Assembly: GCF_964213995.1 (NCBI RefSeq)
Contig: NW_027590170.1
Coordinates: 744,001 to 808,000 of the forward strand
DNA length: 64,000 nucleotides
From: Mustelus asterias
Lineage: Eukaryota
Direction of reading: 5' to 3'
Shown: positions 35,264 to 48,087 of the stretch, piece after piece
How the letters are laid out: every line of letters starts with the position of its first letter
Position numbering within the stretch: position 1 is the stretch's first letter
The notes under the pieces: generated by a model
Seen by the model: only the letters and a program-made list of their open reading frames with translations
What the model was told of the DNA's origin: nothing
The model's database searches: none
Program-made: the position numbers and the translations under genes

Positions 35264-35811
35264 TCCCCACACTGCTCCAGAGATGCATCGGGTCCCAGTC
35301 AAAATCCCACAGCGACAATTCAAGTGACTACGCAGCAGAGGGCGCTCTCACACTGGTGAAGAGCAGCAATAATTCACTCAGCGGCGTGAGTGCCAGAGGG
35401 ATCTTTCTCAACCTGCAAATAATACAAAGCACAACAATAGATCTTGAGGTCCACTCGTAGAACTATATTACTTTATGATTTCAATTCGCAACATATTAAA
35501 AATAGACTCCATAAGTACATCTGTGGAGCCTTAATTGTTTACATGTTAATTGACCTCGTTCCTTTCAATTTATTTTCCCACTCTGTTCCTTGCCACCTCC
35601 AGTTTCAACTTTTCACCTGTAATTGCTTTACTTTCTTCCAAGATTTAGTTTAACGGTTCAGAACCTAATTTTCCGCTCGGCATCTTAAATCAGTCTGGCA
35701 AAACTCCACTGAGCCACAAAAGGAAACTATCAGGCGGGGCCAATGAATAACCAAAGATTCTCTCCTCTTCTGTCCACCGCCATCGGAACACTTCTCCGAA
35801 TAGGCACCAGT

Positions 35812-36225
35812 GGGCGGCACGCTGGCACTGCTGCCTCACAGCGCCAGAGCCTCTGGTCACTGCCTGTGTGGAGTTTGCACGTTCTCGTCCGGTTTCCGGA
35901 GGAAGAGGGTAGCTAAAGAGAGGGTGGGTCCACACAAGCACAGTGGAGAGAATTTGTGTGTGGAGCCAGATGAGGTGGGTGAGGTCTTTAGTGACTACTT
36001 TGCATCAGTATTCACAAAGGAGAAGGATGTGCTGGATGGAGAGTGTAGAAAGGACGGATGTTGACATTCTAGGACATGTTGAGTTGATTGGCCATACTAA
36101 ATTGCCCCTTAGTGTTCGGGGGACTGGTAGGATAAGTAGGTGGGGTTATGGGGTAGGGCCTCGATGGGATGGCGGAGGGTGCAGACTTGATCGACCAAAT
36201 AGCCTCCTTCTGCAATGTATGCAAT
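35812..36225 (+). mobile_element. V-SINE-type SINE pieces flanking a short CR1 ORF2 fragment (about 35900-36070)
   Basis: SINE 5' and 3' parts around EVGEVFSDYFASVFTKE. Confidence 0.6.
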
Positions 36226-37064
36226 GATAATTTAAATGCTTGAACTCAATTTGCCTCAATGTTTTGAAGAAGATAAAGTGGTCAATAATCATTACAAAAA
36301 CATCCACATGTAGAAGGATTGGAGCCTGATATTGGTCAGAGGCCAGAGCGAGTGAGAGAAGGTGTGTCTGATGTGGAAAAGGCTGTCAAAATATGAATGA
36401 AAAACCCACATTGAGAGCGGCTTTCTGAATTATTACACTGTAATCATTTCAACTATGTTCATTTCTTTTATGAATGGAAGTGGCACTGAAAGGTTTACCT
36501 AGCCGGCTGGTAATGAATTGTAGGTAATGAGGACAAGCTTTACATATCCTCTGGGGACTGTAAACTTGCTGTCTGAACTTTGCTCTCGTGTTTTGAACAC
36601 ATGATTGGTGCTGACATTATTATCAATTAAACAAATTCCAAACTCCGAGAGTCGTGGCTTATTGAATATACGATAACTAACCCGATTGAAGTTAATAATT
36701 TTAAACAGAGGTTCCATTGAGAGAAATCCTGCGTACAATAGTGGAAATGTTTATACTTCAAGATTGTTGCACGGAATGTACAGTGACAGCCAGTACCTTT
36801 GCTCCAAAGCGGCAGGTATACTTTTTAAGGATATCGTCACAAAGACATGTGTCTTCCTTTGAACTATGGTGGGAAGGATTCCATAACTGATTATCCGACC
36901 GCTGAACGGCGGCATAACCGCTCCTTCCTTCTCCAAAAGATCCTCGCTTTAGCCTTGAATTGGGAGTTTCTCTTCAAACGACAGGGACGCTGGCAATGTG
37001 GTGAGTCAATCAGCCACTCCGACACAAAATGCAATAATTGTTCAATAATTGCCTCAGTGCTTCA

Positions 37065-38620
37065 AGAGGGAAATTGAGTGGTTGGTAAACTGATAGAGAA
37101 GATCCTGAGGGACAGGATATATGAGCATTTAGAGAGGTTTAGTATGCTCAAGAATACTCAGCATGGCTTTGTCAAGGGTAGATCGTGCCTTACGCGCCTG
37201 GTGGAGTTCTTCGAAAAGATCCAAAGATCTGCGGGTTAGGTTGATTGGCAAGGTTAAAAATTGCCCCTTACAGTCCTGTGATGCGTAGGTTAGTGGGATT
37301 AGCGGGTAAATATGTGGGGGTAGGGCCTGGGTGGGATTGTGGTCGGTGCAGACTCGATGGGCCAAATGGCCTCCTTCTGCACTGTAGGGTTTCTATGAGT
37401 TCTATGAGTTCTAAAATGTGACTAAACACATTGACGAAGGGAAGGCGGTAGATGTGGTTTATATGGATTTTAGCAAAGCGTTCGATAAGGTCCCCCATGC
37501 AAGGCTTCCAGAAAAAGTGAGAGGGCATGGGATCCTAGGGGCTGCTGCCCGGTGGATCCAGAACTGGCTTGCCCAAAGGAGGCAGAGAGTGGGTATAGAT
37601 GGGTCTTTTTCTAAATGGAGGTCGGTCACCAGTGGTGTGCCCCAGGGATCTGTTCTGGGACCCTTGCTGTTTGTCATTTTCATAAATGACCTGGATGAGG
37701 AAGCGGAGGGATGGGTTGGTAAGTTTGCCGACGACACGAAGGTTGGTGGGGTTGTGGATAGCCTGGAGGGATGTCAGAAGTTACAGAGGGACATAGATAG
37801 GATGCAAGACTGGGCGGACAAGTGGCAGATGGACTTCAACCCAGATAAATGCGTCGTGGTCCATTTTGGGAGGTCAAATGGGATGAACGAGTGCAATATA
37901 AAGGGAAAGACTCTTGGTACTGTAGAGGATCAGAAGGACCTTGGGGTCCGGGTCCATAGGACTCTAAAATCGGCCCCGCAGGTGGAGGAGGTGGTTAAGA
38001 ACGCGTATGGTGTGCTGGCCTTTATCAATCGAGGGATTGAGTTTAGGAGTCCGGGGATAATGATGCAGCTATATAAGACCCTCGTCAGACCCCACTTGGA
38101 GTAATGTGCTCAGTTCTGGTCGCCTCACTATAGGAAGGATGTGGAAATAATTGAAAGGGTACAGAGGAGATTTACAAGGATGTTGCCTGGATTGAGTGGC
38201 ATGCCTTATGAGGATAGGCTGAGGGAGCTCGGTCTTTTCTCCTTGGAGAGACGAAGGATGAGAGGAGACCTAATAGAAGTGCATAAGATGTTGAGATGCA
38301 TAGATCGGGTGGACTCTCAGGGGCTTTTTCCCAGGGTGGAAATGTCTGCTACGAGAGGACACAGGTTTAAGGTTCTGGGGGGTAGGTACAGGGGAGATGT
38401 TAGGGGTAAGTTTTTCACACAGAGGGTGGTGGGCGAGTGGAATCGGCTGCCGTCAGTGGTGGTGGAGGCGAACTCAATAGGGTCTTTTAAGAAACTCCTG
38501 GATGAGTACATGGAGCTTAATAGGATGAAGGGTTATAGGTAGGTCTAGAAGGTAGGGATGTGTTCGGCACAACTTGTGGGCCGAAGGGCCTGTTCGTGCT
38601 GTAGTTTTTCTATGTTTTTT
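37065..38620 (+). mobile_element. 5'-truncated CR1 LINE (subfamily C) with a nested SINE
   Basis: RT ORFs 37418-38104 and 38141-38542; close to 55726-57235. Confidence 0.92.
37218..37412 (+). mobile_element. 5'-truncated HE1-type SINE nested in CR1 (TSD aaaa)
   Basis: Interrupts ttcttcgaaaa|tgtgact, which is contiguous in the 56.0-kb copy. Confidence 0.85.
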
Positions 38621-39015
38621 CTACGAAATCTCGCAGTCATGGCTGAGCCATTCCCCCGATGGTAAGGCTTAAACGGACTGATCCTGAATGAACCAAATCC
38701 TGGACCAAGCTTGAGTTTGACGGCCACAATAATCAGAATCGGGTTACATGTCACCATCTGCTGTGTAAAACCGTAATATCCCCCCCCCCCCCCCCCCCAA
38801 TAAAGCACTGACTGTTACGCAGCTCTGAGCGTTTCCAATCATTGGCAGTCAGCCAATGGCAGCCAGCTCACCAGCCTGCCTATTCTCAATGTCACTGGGA
38901 ACGTCAGAAAGTGAAGTGAAAACATCCTGAGACTCACAGCAGATTACTGAGGGCAGGGTTTAGAACGGGTGTCTTCAAAATCCCCAACTCCTCTTCTACA
39001 GAGCGGACAGCGACA

Positions 39016-39517
39016 ATGCGGCTGCTCAGCATCTGGGTTGTGTGGGCAATATTTCTGACAGGTAAATGTGGACCAAACACATTTCAACTTTTTTGTTACA
39101 TTTTTGTAACATGGTGTCAAACAAAATTTTCAACAGTCGCCGGTCAGATCTTTTTATATTTGTTTTTTCAGATCTGATTCGTGGAGATTCTGTCACTCAG
39201 TCGCCGTCCTCAGATGTTAGGACAGAAGAAGAAGCGGTGACTTTAAATTGTAAATATGATACTGAAGCGAGGTACTACGATCTATACTGGTACCGGCTGC
39301 ACCCAGACTCACAGCCTGAGTTTATATTGCGGAAATACTCAGATGGCGGTGAAGGTAAAGCCGGTTTTGCCAAAAGACGTTTCTCTGCTAAGCTCCAGAC
39401 CGAGAATAAATTCACCAGTTTAACCATCTGGGGTCTGAAGCTGGCTGACACCGCCGTATATTACTGCGCTATCAGACGCACAGTGACAGAAAACAAGCTC
39501 AGTCCTGTACAAAAACT
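39016..39517 (+). CDS. TCR alpha/delta-type V segment (V5), apparently intact; leader 39016-39061, V exon 39172-39478, 23-RSS
   Basis: MRLLSIWVVWAIFLT|DLIRGDSVTQSP..TLNC..LYWYR..LADTAVYYCAIR; CACAGTG 39479-39485, 23 nt, ACAAAAACT 39509-39517. Confidence 0.93.
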
Positions 39518-40970
39518 GCCTATCACTACAGAATGAAAATCGCGGTAGATGTAGCCACAATGTACAGCGAAAGGAAACCAAGCCAACCTCGAATGAAACT
39601 GTTCCCAGAAGCAACTACACAAACAAACTGCTGATTTCAATCCGACAAACAGATCAGCACAGAGTCATATTTGAAGATACCCGTTCTAATCCCCGCCTTT
39701 AATAATTTGTTCTCAACCCTCGGGATGTTCATGCCTCACTTCCATGTGTGACTCTTGTTCTGTGAGAGCACTTGGTGGCGATCTGGTGCTGACATGGAAA
39801 TAAAAGCGTCCGAGCCTGGCTACAGTCATGTCTTGATCGGGAACGGCCGAAATTTCAGAGACTGGGGGAGGTGGAAGAGGTGGTCGGGGAATGTAATCCT
39901 GGTCTGTATATTATCATTAGAAAAAATTGGATTGTTAGTGCTGACAGAAACCACACCAGCCTCCAGGAAACATTCTGAAGCTCACTGGGCACTAGGGAAA
40001 ATCTACTTGGGGTTGGTTTAAAGATCACAGTCACCACTTTGCGAAATCTGTTCAATGTCTATAAGTTTTCTCTGTTTAAATAAACTGCGAGAGCTCCAGA
40101 AAACTGGGAGGGGATATGGAGAGAGGATTGTTCAATGTTACAGTCACGGAAAATACATCGAAAGGAAAAAAGTAATTGGAGTAATGAAGTAGATTACTAA
40201 AGGTTGCTCTCAGTATAACTGGAGTTAACTAACACAATTCCGCAAGTGTTCCTGACGTTTTTGTTTTGAGACTGCCGGTTACTCTGACTTTGTAGGCGGA
40301 GTTTTTGATTTTGTTTAGCAATGAGAGCGCTGTCTGGAACTCCCTGTGGGGTTTTTGTCCCGAATCTGCGACTTCTCTGCTGGCTTGGCTGCGTAGCACA
40401 GAAATGCGGCGTCAGAGAAAACGTCTCCCGTGATTTTTCAAGGGACGGTTTGGTTTCCTTTGTGAAAATCAGCAGAGATCTTGCCTTGCACGTTTGGAGA
40501 CCTGTTTTCAGCCCTCAGCAAAGGAGAGAGTCTGGAGAATGCATCCACAAGACAGATCCCATCAGCTCCGAACAGAGGAGTTAGATGTCAGGCTCACTTC
40601 AAACTGAGCAATTGCGTGCAACCCTTAAACGTGTATTTGATAAACCAACCTTTTTAACATATTCATTTTCACCTATTCACTGTCATTGTATTTCCACACT
40701 CTGTCTGGTATGGCACTATCACAGAGAACACCTGAGAACATCTTCCTCATCGACCCCCGTCTCAAACTCAGTCTGATTAGTAACAGTGACTCAAATTCTA
40801 GGAACAGCTTCATCCACATTCAACACTTGCATTTCATTCTTCAAGGCGATTTCTTTCAGTTCAATTGAAGGTAAACCTGTCTCTTAGCTCAATTAGGATC
40901 AAGCTGGCTGTCTTTACTCGCCTCGAGTTTATCGTCAATGTCTCAGTTCTCTGTAATCAGCGTTTAAGTT

Positions 40971-40987
40971 AGTGACGTCAGACCAAT
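40971..40987 (+). promoter_or_regulatory. CRE decamer AGTGACGTCA + CCAAT upstream of V6
   Basis: Matches the TCR V-promoter decamer type; paralog V10 has AGTGACATCA at 51285-51294. Confidence 0.65.
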
Positions 40988-41002
40988 CAGATCCAGCGAT
41001 CT

Positions 41003-41334
41003 GGGGCGGCACGGTAGCGCAGTGGTTAGCACTGCTGCTTCACAGCTCCAGGGTCCCGGGTTCGATTCCCGACTTGGGTCACTGTCTGTGTGGAGTTTGC
41101 ACATTCTCCTCGTGTCTGCGTGGGTTTCCTCCGGGTGCTCCGGTTTCCTCCCACAGTCCAAAGATGTGCGGGTTAGGTTGATTGGCCAGGTTTAAAAATT
41201 GCCCCTTAGAGTCCTGGGATGCGTAGGTTAGAGGGATTAGCGGGTGAATATATGGGGGTAGGGCCTGGGTGGGATTGTGGTCGGTGCAGACTCGATGGGC
41301 CGAATGGCCTCCTTCTGCACTGGAGGGTTTCTAT
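41003..41334 (+). mobile_element. Full-length young HE1/V-SINE-type SINE (TSD gatct)
   Basis: Intact A/B boxes, central domain, CR1-like tail. Confidence 0.9.
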
Positions 41335-41475
41335 GATCTCTGCTCTTCCTCCCATAGGTTCTGTAGGATGTGACGACGGATCAGCCTCAGCCAATGCTCT
41401 CAGCATTATCTTGTTCGATATTTTGCAGCTTTCGGAGACACAAGAAGTCCCTGGAATTCAGGAGCAGCACTAGGA

Positions 41476-43589
41476 ATGCGGATGCCGGTTCTCACTGTGA
41501 ACTGGGTGACAGTCATTGTCGGTAAGAAGTTTAAAACTTGAAAAAAGCGTAAACTGAGTTTAAGTTCTGGAGAAAAAAAGCCAATATCGGGCCTGTCATA
41601 CGTCTTTGCTCTTGGCTTTTACTTTCAGGAGTATAGTTTGGCGAAACGCACAGCAAACCGATACCAAAATTGGGAGATGACATCTATCAGAAAGCAATGT
41701 AAACGTTGTGGTTAATTTTTACATAAGAACATAAGAAATAGGAGCAGGAGGAGGCCATCTAGCCCCTCGAGCCTTCCCCGCCTTTCAATAAGATCATGGC
41801 TGATCTGAAGTGGATCAGTTCCACTTACCCGCCTGATCCCTATAACCCCTAATTCCCTTACCGATCAGAAATCCATCTATCCGTTATTTAAACATATTCA
41901 ACGAGGTAGCTTCCACCACTTCAGTGGGCAGAGAATTCCAGAGATTCACCACTCTCTGAGAGAAGACGTTCCTCCTCAACTCTGTCCTAAACGGACCCCC
42001 CTTTATTTTGAGGCTGTGCCCTCTAGTTCTAGGTTCCTTTCTAAGTGGAAAGAATCTCTCCATCTCTACCCTATCCAGCCCCTTCATTATCTTGTAGGTC
42101 TCTATAAGATCGCCCCTCAGCCTTCTAAATTCCAACGAATACAAACCCAATCTGCCCAGTCTCTCCTCATAATCAACACCCCTCATCTCTGGTATCAACC
42201 TGGTGAACCTTCTCTGCACTCCCTCCAAGGCCAATATATCCTTCCGCAAATAAGGGGACCAATACTGCACACAGTATTCCAGCTGCGGCCTCACCAGTGC
42301 CCTGTACAGATGCAGCAAGAATCTCTGCTTTTATATTCTATCCCTCTTGCGATATAGGCCAACACCCCATTTGCCTTCTTGATCACCTGTTGCACCTGCA
42401 GACTGGGTTTTTGCGTCTCATGCACAAGGACCCCCAGGTCCCTCTGCACGGCAGCATGTTGTAATTTCTTTCCATTTAGATAATAATCCAATTTGCTATT
42501 ATTTCTTCCAAGTGAATAACCTCGCATTTGTCAACGTTTTCTCCATCTGCCAGATCCTCGCGCACTCACTCAGCCTGTCCAAATCTCTCTGCAGACCTTC
42601 TACGCCCTCCACACGATTCACTTTTCCACTTATCTTTGTGTCGTCTGCAAACTTTGTTACCCTACACTCAGTCCCCTCCTCCAGATCGTCTCTATAAATG
42701 GTAAATAGTTGAGGCCCTAGTACCGATCCCTGCGGCACGCCACTAGTTACCATCTGCCAACCAGAAAAACACCCATTTATTCCGACTCTCTGCTTCCTGT
42801 CGAGAAGACTAAAGCATAACCTGACTGGTGTATTTACAGTGATGAAGAGGTTTGACGTGGTGAACGGGGAGAGAATGATTCCACTTGGGCAGGATTCCAT
42901 ACCCATGTCCCATAAATCTAAGTGAAACAAAAAGATTAAGAAGAATTACAGAGAATCTTCTTTAGAAAGAGTTCTGTAGAAAGTGACTCACATTAACACA
43001 ATGAACACTTGAGGAGAGGAGTAAAAACACAGTTGGGTGAACTAGATAAAACAGCTGAGAGAGAAAGGGACAGAGGCATTTGACATGAGGCGAGAGGGAG
43101 GATTCTACTGGGGATTGTAAACGGGGACGAAAAATCAGTTGGAACGAATGTATTATCATTTAATGTTTATTTTTATGTTACACCGTCTGCGAATTTCCAC
43201 CCCCAGTGCAGTTTAATGTTTTTCTTTGTTTAAACGTGATTTCCAGATATGAGCAATGGAGATTCAGTTCGTCAGCCGGAATCCTCACTCACACGGTCAG
43301 AGGGAGAAGATGTCACTTTAAGCTGCACCAATACGGACAATGCTTATTATTTATTCTGGCACCGTCAATACCCAGGCAAACAGCCCGAGTTGGCGGTCCG
43401 GAAGGACACGAGCGGCAGTTATGAATTTAAGGCGGATTTCGCTCAGACCCGGTTTCCTGATACAATTCAGCACTCAGAAAAGTTGCACCGCTTGACCATC
43501 TCGGAGCTGCTGCTGTCTGACACCGCGGCCTATTACTGTGCACAGGATCTCACAGTGATGAGAATTAGTGCAATCGTCGTGCAAAAACT
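41476..43589 (+). CDS. TCR alpha/delta-type V segment (V6), ORF intact; leader 41476-41521, V exon 43247-43550, 23-RSS
   Basis: MRMPVLTVNWVTVIV|DMSNGDSVRQPE..TLSC..LFWHRQYPG..LSDTAAYYCAQD; CACAGTG 43551-43557, 23 nt, GCAAAAACT 43581-43589. Confidence 0.85.
41722..42800 (-). mobile_element. 5'-truncated CR1 LINE (subfamily B) in V6 intron
   Basis: RT ORFs; cataagaa tail; close to 57486-61840. Confidence 0.92.
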
Positions 43590-44580
43590 GCCGCAGGTTT
43601 CTGAGTCACGGTTGCAGTCTGCTGAGTACCGTTTACAACAGCGGGTCTGACACTGACACGTAAATATATCCCCGTGAACGCAAACCCCGAGAACAATCCA
43701 CATAAACACCATTTAAAATCGTTCACATCGAAGACAGATTCCTTCTGATTATTACATTCACTGTGCGAGGGCAGAATTGGCTGCAGTTTGTTTGGGGTTC
43801 ACTGGGAACTCGGCACTAACATTGAGAATTCAAAGCGAAGCATCAGTCAATAGTGTAAACTGAAGCCCGCCAGCTGAGGCAAATCCCAATAACTAATCGT
43901 GACTAAACACCTCTCACTTAAATTCACTTATGAAGTGAGAATGGTTAACATAAGATTTGCAAAAGGATTACTTTCAGTCATGATGAGGAGCGATTAGTAG
44001 AGTAAATGATTTAAAACGAAATAATTGGCGTGGCTTAAGCACTGGAACGGATGGTATGAAAACCGACTAAGTACAGAAGCTGGATTGACAAGAGCTTCAG
44101 AAAGTTTTCTAAAATCTCCAGAAGCGCTTTGGGAAATCGGAACAAGCCAGAGAATAATTTATGCCCACAAAATATGGATTCGTTTTCCTGCACTTCCCTC
44201 AGTGTTATTTACCTACTGTTAATTTACCTGTTGCCCGTACCTCCGTTAACATCTGGAACACAATAACAAATATTTAACACAGCAATTATGTCACAAAATC
44301 TCCAATTTGCCAATGAGTATCAATTCTCCATTCACGTCTTTGCATTAATGTATTCGTTGTAAATGGAACAGAGGAAATATTCGCCAGTGCTGAATCTGTC
44401 AGTCAAGGCTTGTTAATATTTTGTATCTCTTTTAAATGAGAACAATTCGCTGATGGATTTAGAAATTCCAGTTGCTCAGTCCCCACCCCCACCACACGTC
44501 CCCCCGCCACCCCCCCCCCCCCCGACCCCCCGGCCCCCGGAGACCCGTTCCTTTGACCCTCTATTCCCTTTGTCACACTG

Positions 44581-45091
44581 TATATCTGTTCAATATTTCC
44601 TCTGGTTTCAGTCACTGTGTCTCTCAGTCCGCAGTAATACACTGCGCTGTTAGACAGTCACAGCTCACGTATGGCGAAACTCCCTTCACTTTTTGAAGTG
44701 TTCATAGATGCAGAAAATTGAGTCCCCACTCCCTCTGGTCTGGTCTGAAAACATCGCCATATATAGGGATGTAGATCAAGAATGGGGGGCTTTTCCCCCA
44801 CATCATTCTGAAATCATTCATGAGCGAATCTCCTTCAAATGTTGTCGTAAAACGGCTCCTGTGAGACAGAATCTGAGTCGATAACACCTAGCAACAAATT
44901 AAAAATACAGATTTTTAAAAAAAATTGGCAATGATATCAAGTTAACGGAATTGTTTGCAAAGAGTGGAGAAACAGATAATGGGTGATTTCCAAGTCCGGA
45001 TCACGAGCAAAGTGAAAATTATTCAACCTAGGAACTTGACAGTTAAGAGCGCTGAAGCTGAGAGAATTTCTGCAAAGGTAACAGTTAACAT
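44581..45091 (-). pseudogene. TCR V pseudogene (V7), paralog of V1
   Basis: Leader from 45091 with mutated donor; V exon 44887-44620 with deletion and frameshifts, ending SAVYYCGLR; CACAGTG 44619-44613, 23 nt, ACAGATATA. Confidence 0.85.
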
Positions 45092-45859
45092 GTTCACAGA
45101 GCTGATGCGGGATCTGAACTCAGTGAGTTGAAGCTCAATTTTTCCAGGACAGAGTTCACAAAATGTTGAGTCATATCGGCCTCACTAGCAGTTGGTTCAT
45201 TCCTGACAGAGCCAACAGGAGACACCCAATCAGCTCACAGCTCCTTTGTCGTACATTTCATCTAATCAGCTAAGACTGTCTTCATTCTACAAACATGACG
45301 TCAGAGCGAGGAGTATGTAACAATTTGAATCTGTTCTTAGAACAATTAACTGGACAGAAGAACATCAGAGAATAGGAACAGGAGTTGGAGTGGACCATTT
45401 GCTCCTTTATTAGGGTCCGCTAGCTTCAGTAAGATCATGGCTGCTTTTCCTCACATCCATCTTCCTGCAATATCCGCATATTCCTTATTTGCCTATCGTC
45501 ACCCTTGTTGAATAACTATGTCTCTCTGTGATGGAGAATAGTAATGATGGGCATTAAAAATAATTGTGTTTCTTTATCTTTGCGATGGGTCACTTACAGG
45601 TAATAGTTCAAGTTGTTCCGATAACAGTACCAAAGTTTACCTGTCAATGAGCTGCTCGGTGATCTGGAAAACTACTATAAAGACGGGTTTTACAGAGAAC
45701 GACACAGATTCAGCGCCGCAGAAATAAAACATTCGGGCAAGTTGGCTTTTTTAAATGTGTTTCTGTTATATTAACAGATCACAGTCCAGATCACAGATCT
45801 GATTCAGTAAGAAGAGGTGAGAGTGTCTTTGCTGTTTGTTGTAGACTGACTGTACCTCT

Positions 45860-46753
45860 AGAGGGAGAGGTAGTATTGAGGAAGCAGGGGAGTTGCAGAA
45901 GGAATGGAACAGGTTAGGAGAGTGGGCAAAGAAGTGGAAGATGGAATACAATGTGGAAAATTTTGAGGTTATGCACGTTGGAAGGAGGAATGGAGGCATG
46001 GACTATTTTCTAAATGGGAAAACGCTGAGGAAATTTGAAACACAAAGGGACCTGGGCGTCATTGTTCAAGGTTCCCTTAAGGTTAACGTGCAGATTCAAT
46101 CGGCAGTTAAGAAGACAAATGCAATGTTTTGCATTCATGTCGAGAGGGCTAGAATACAAGAGGCTGTATAAGGCTCTGGTCAGAACCCATCTGGAATATT
46201 GTGAGCAGTTTTGGGCCCCGTATCTAAGGAAGGATGTGCTGGCCTTGGAAAGGGCCCAGAGGAGGTTCACAGGAATGAACCCTGGAATGAAGAGCTTGTC
46301 GTATGAGGCACGGTTGAGGACTCTGGGTCTGTACTCGTTGGAGCTTAGAAGGTTGAGGGGGGTGGGACGAACTTATTGAAACTTCCAGAATACTGCGAGG
46401 CCTGGATAGAGTGGATATGGAGAGTATGCTTCCACTCGTAGGAAAAACTAGAACAAAAGGGCACAACCTCAGGCTGAAGGGACGATCCTTTAAAACAGAA
46501 TTGAAGAGCAATTTCTTCAGCCAGAAAGTGGTGAATCTGTGGAACTCTATGCCACAGATGGCTTTGGAGGCCAGGTCATTGAGTGTCTTTAAGACAGAGA
46601 TAGATATCTTCTTGATTACTAAGGGGATCAGGGGTTCTGGGGAAAAGGCAGGAGAATGGGGGTGAGAAAAAAAATCAGCCATGATTGAATGGCGGAGCAG
46701 ACTCGATGGGCCGACTGGACTAATTCTGCTCCAGTGTCTTATGGTCTTATGGT
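45860..46753 (+). mobile_element. 5'-truncated CR1 LINE inserted in the V8 RSS spacer
   Basis: CR1 ORF2 3' motifs; cttatggt tail; candidate TSD ctct. Confidence 0.88.
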
Positions 46754-46761
46754 CTCTGTAA

Positions 46762-47194
46762 CAGTGTGGTGTTCAGCGCACAGTAATACACGGCAGAGTC
46801 AGAGTCAAAGACCTCGGTGACATTTAAAGGACTTGTTTCCTTGTCTATGTACAAATCAGCAGAAAACCGGTCAGGACAACCGGGAGACTTATTCCCCTTC
46901 CCCTTGCCGTAACTCCTCAGTAAATATCTCGGAGCTTCCCCGGGACACTGGATGCATCAAAAAAAAGTATTGTTTCGTAAGTGGGAGTTCAATATTACCG
47001 TCTGCCCTTACTGAAACGTTAATTCAGGCGGCTTCTGGGAAACTGAATCTTGGCCATTGGTTCCTGTAACAACATATAGAATGTGCGAGAAATCTGTGAG
47101 TAAATATAACCCATGAAACACACACTGAGGATTTGAGCTCAGGCTCATCGGGCAGCATGACTATTATTATCAGTAAAGCACACAGGGGACACAT
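46762..47194 (-). pseudogene. TCR V pseudogene (V8)
   Basis: Leader 47194-47149 MCPLCALLIIIVMLP with donor GT>AT; V exon 47063-46769 NGQDSVSQKP.. with stop and frameshift, DSAVYYCALN; heptamer CACACTG. Confidence 0.85.
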
Positions 47195-48087
47195 GGTTCC
47201 AGATTGGACAATAAACAGCGACACTGTTTAAAATATGTTGCTCCCTCTATTGTATCACAGAGTGAACTCAGATCAGAGGCAGCTTCTCTAATCGGGACAC
47301 TGAATGGCGAATCTTTGTGCTGCGATTGGCTGGTCTCTTCGCTCTGAAGTCAGCTAAGGGCCAATCACGGTTAGTTGGTGGTATAATGGCTTACACTCTC
47401 CAATCAAATTCCATCCCTTGCCCTGTCTCCCATTGTCAGCCATTTTGTTATTGACTCGGTTCAAATCCTTTTCCTCTGAACTCAATGGCCATCCCTTTCT
47501 CCGAAATGAAGGTAGAAGTTCAAATAAATATATTAAAGTAAGTCTCGATGCGCCGGAGGCCTTTTCTGCGCAATATACCTCTAAAATACTACAACTATAT
47601 GACTCAATTCCCAGGGATATTTAGTGCTTGAACTTAATCAACAGTTTCAACCTTTTCAAAAGTACTGGGGATATTTAGTCACCCAACTCCACATCGAGAC
47701 GCAGTTCCACTGGCGCTGTTCTGGTACTGCCAAAATATTGATTACAGTTAATCATTATTTCTACCCACGAAAATGTGACAACGCTGAAATTAGACCGCTG
47801 ATAAACTGTGTCTCCTGATAGATTGTCAGGTGATCCAGAAATAATTTTACATGTACAGATTGATTGATCCAGGATATCTGCGGGTCTGTGCGAATGGGAT
47901 AGGGAAATGATTGAATCCCACCCTGGAGTAATATGTCATCTTTCCCAACAGTGACAATCATTGGGTTCAGCGAAAGAAAGCCTCTCAGATGGGGCTGCAT
48001 TGGTGCCTTCATTATCTGTACATATTATTTGAAATTCAGCCCCATGTGCTGCCCTGATCCGAAACTCTTGATTATCAATCAGCACCT

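Noticed and set aside
36770-36840. Minus-strand YTCRFGAKVLAVTV resembling an Ig or J motif
   Set aside because: No RSS, no FGXG, no preceding V framework
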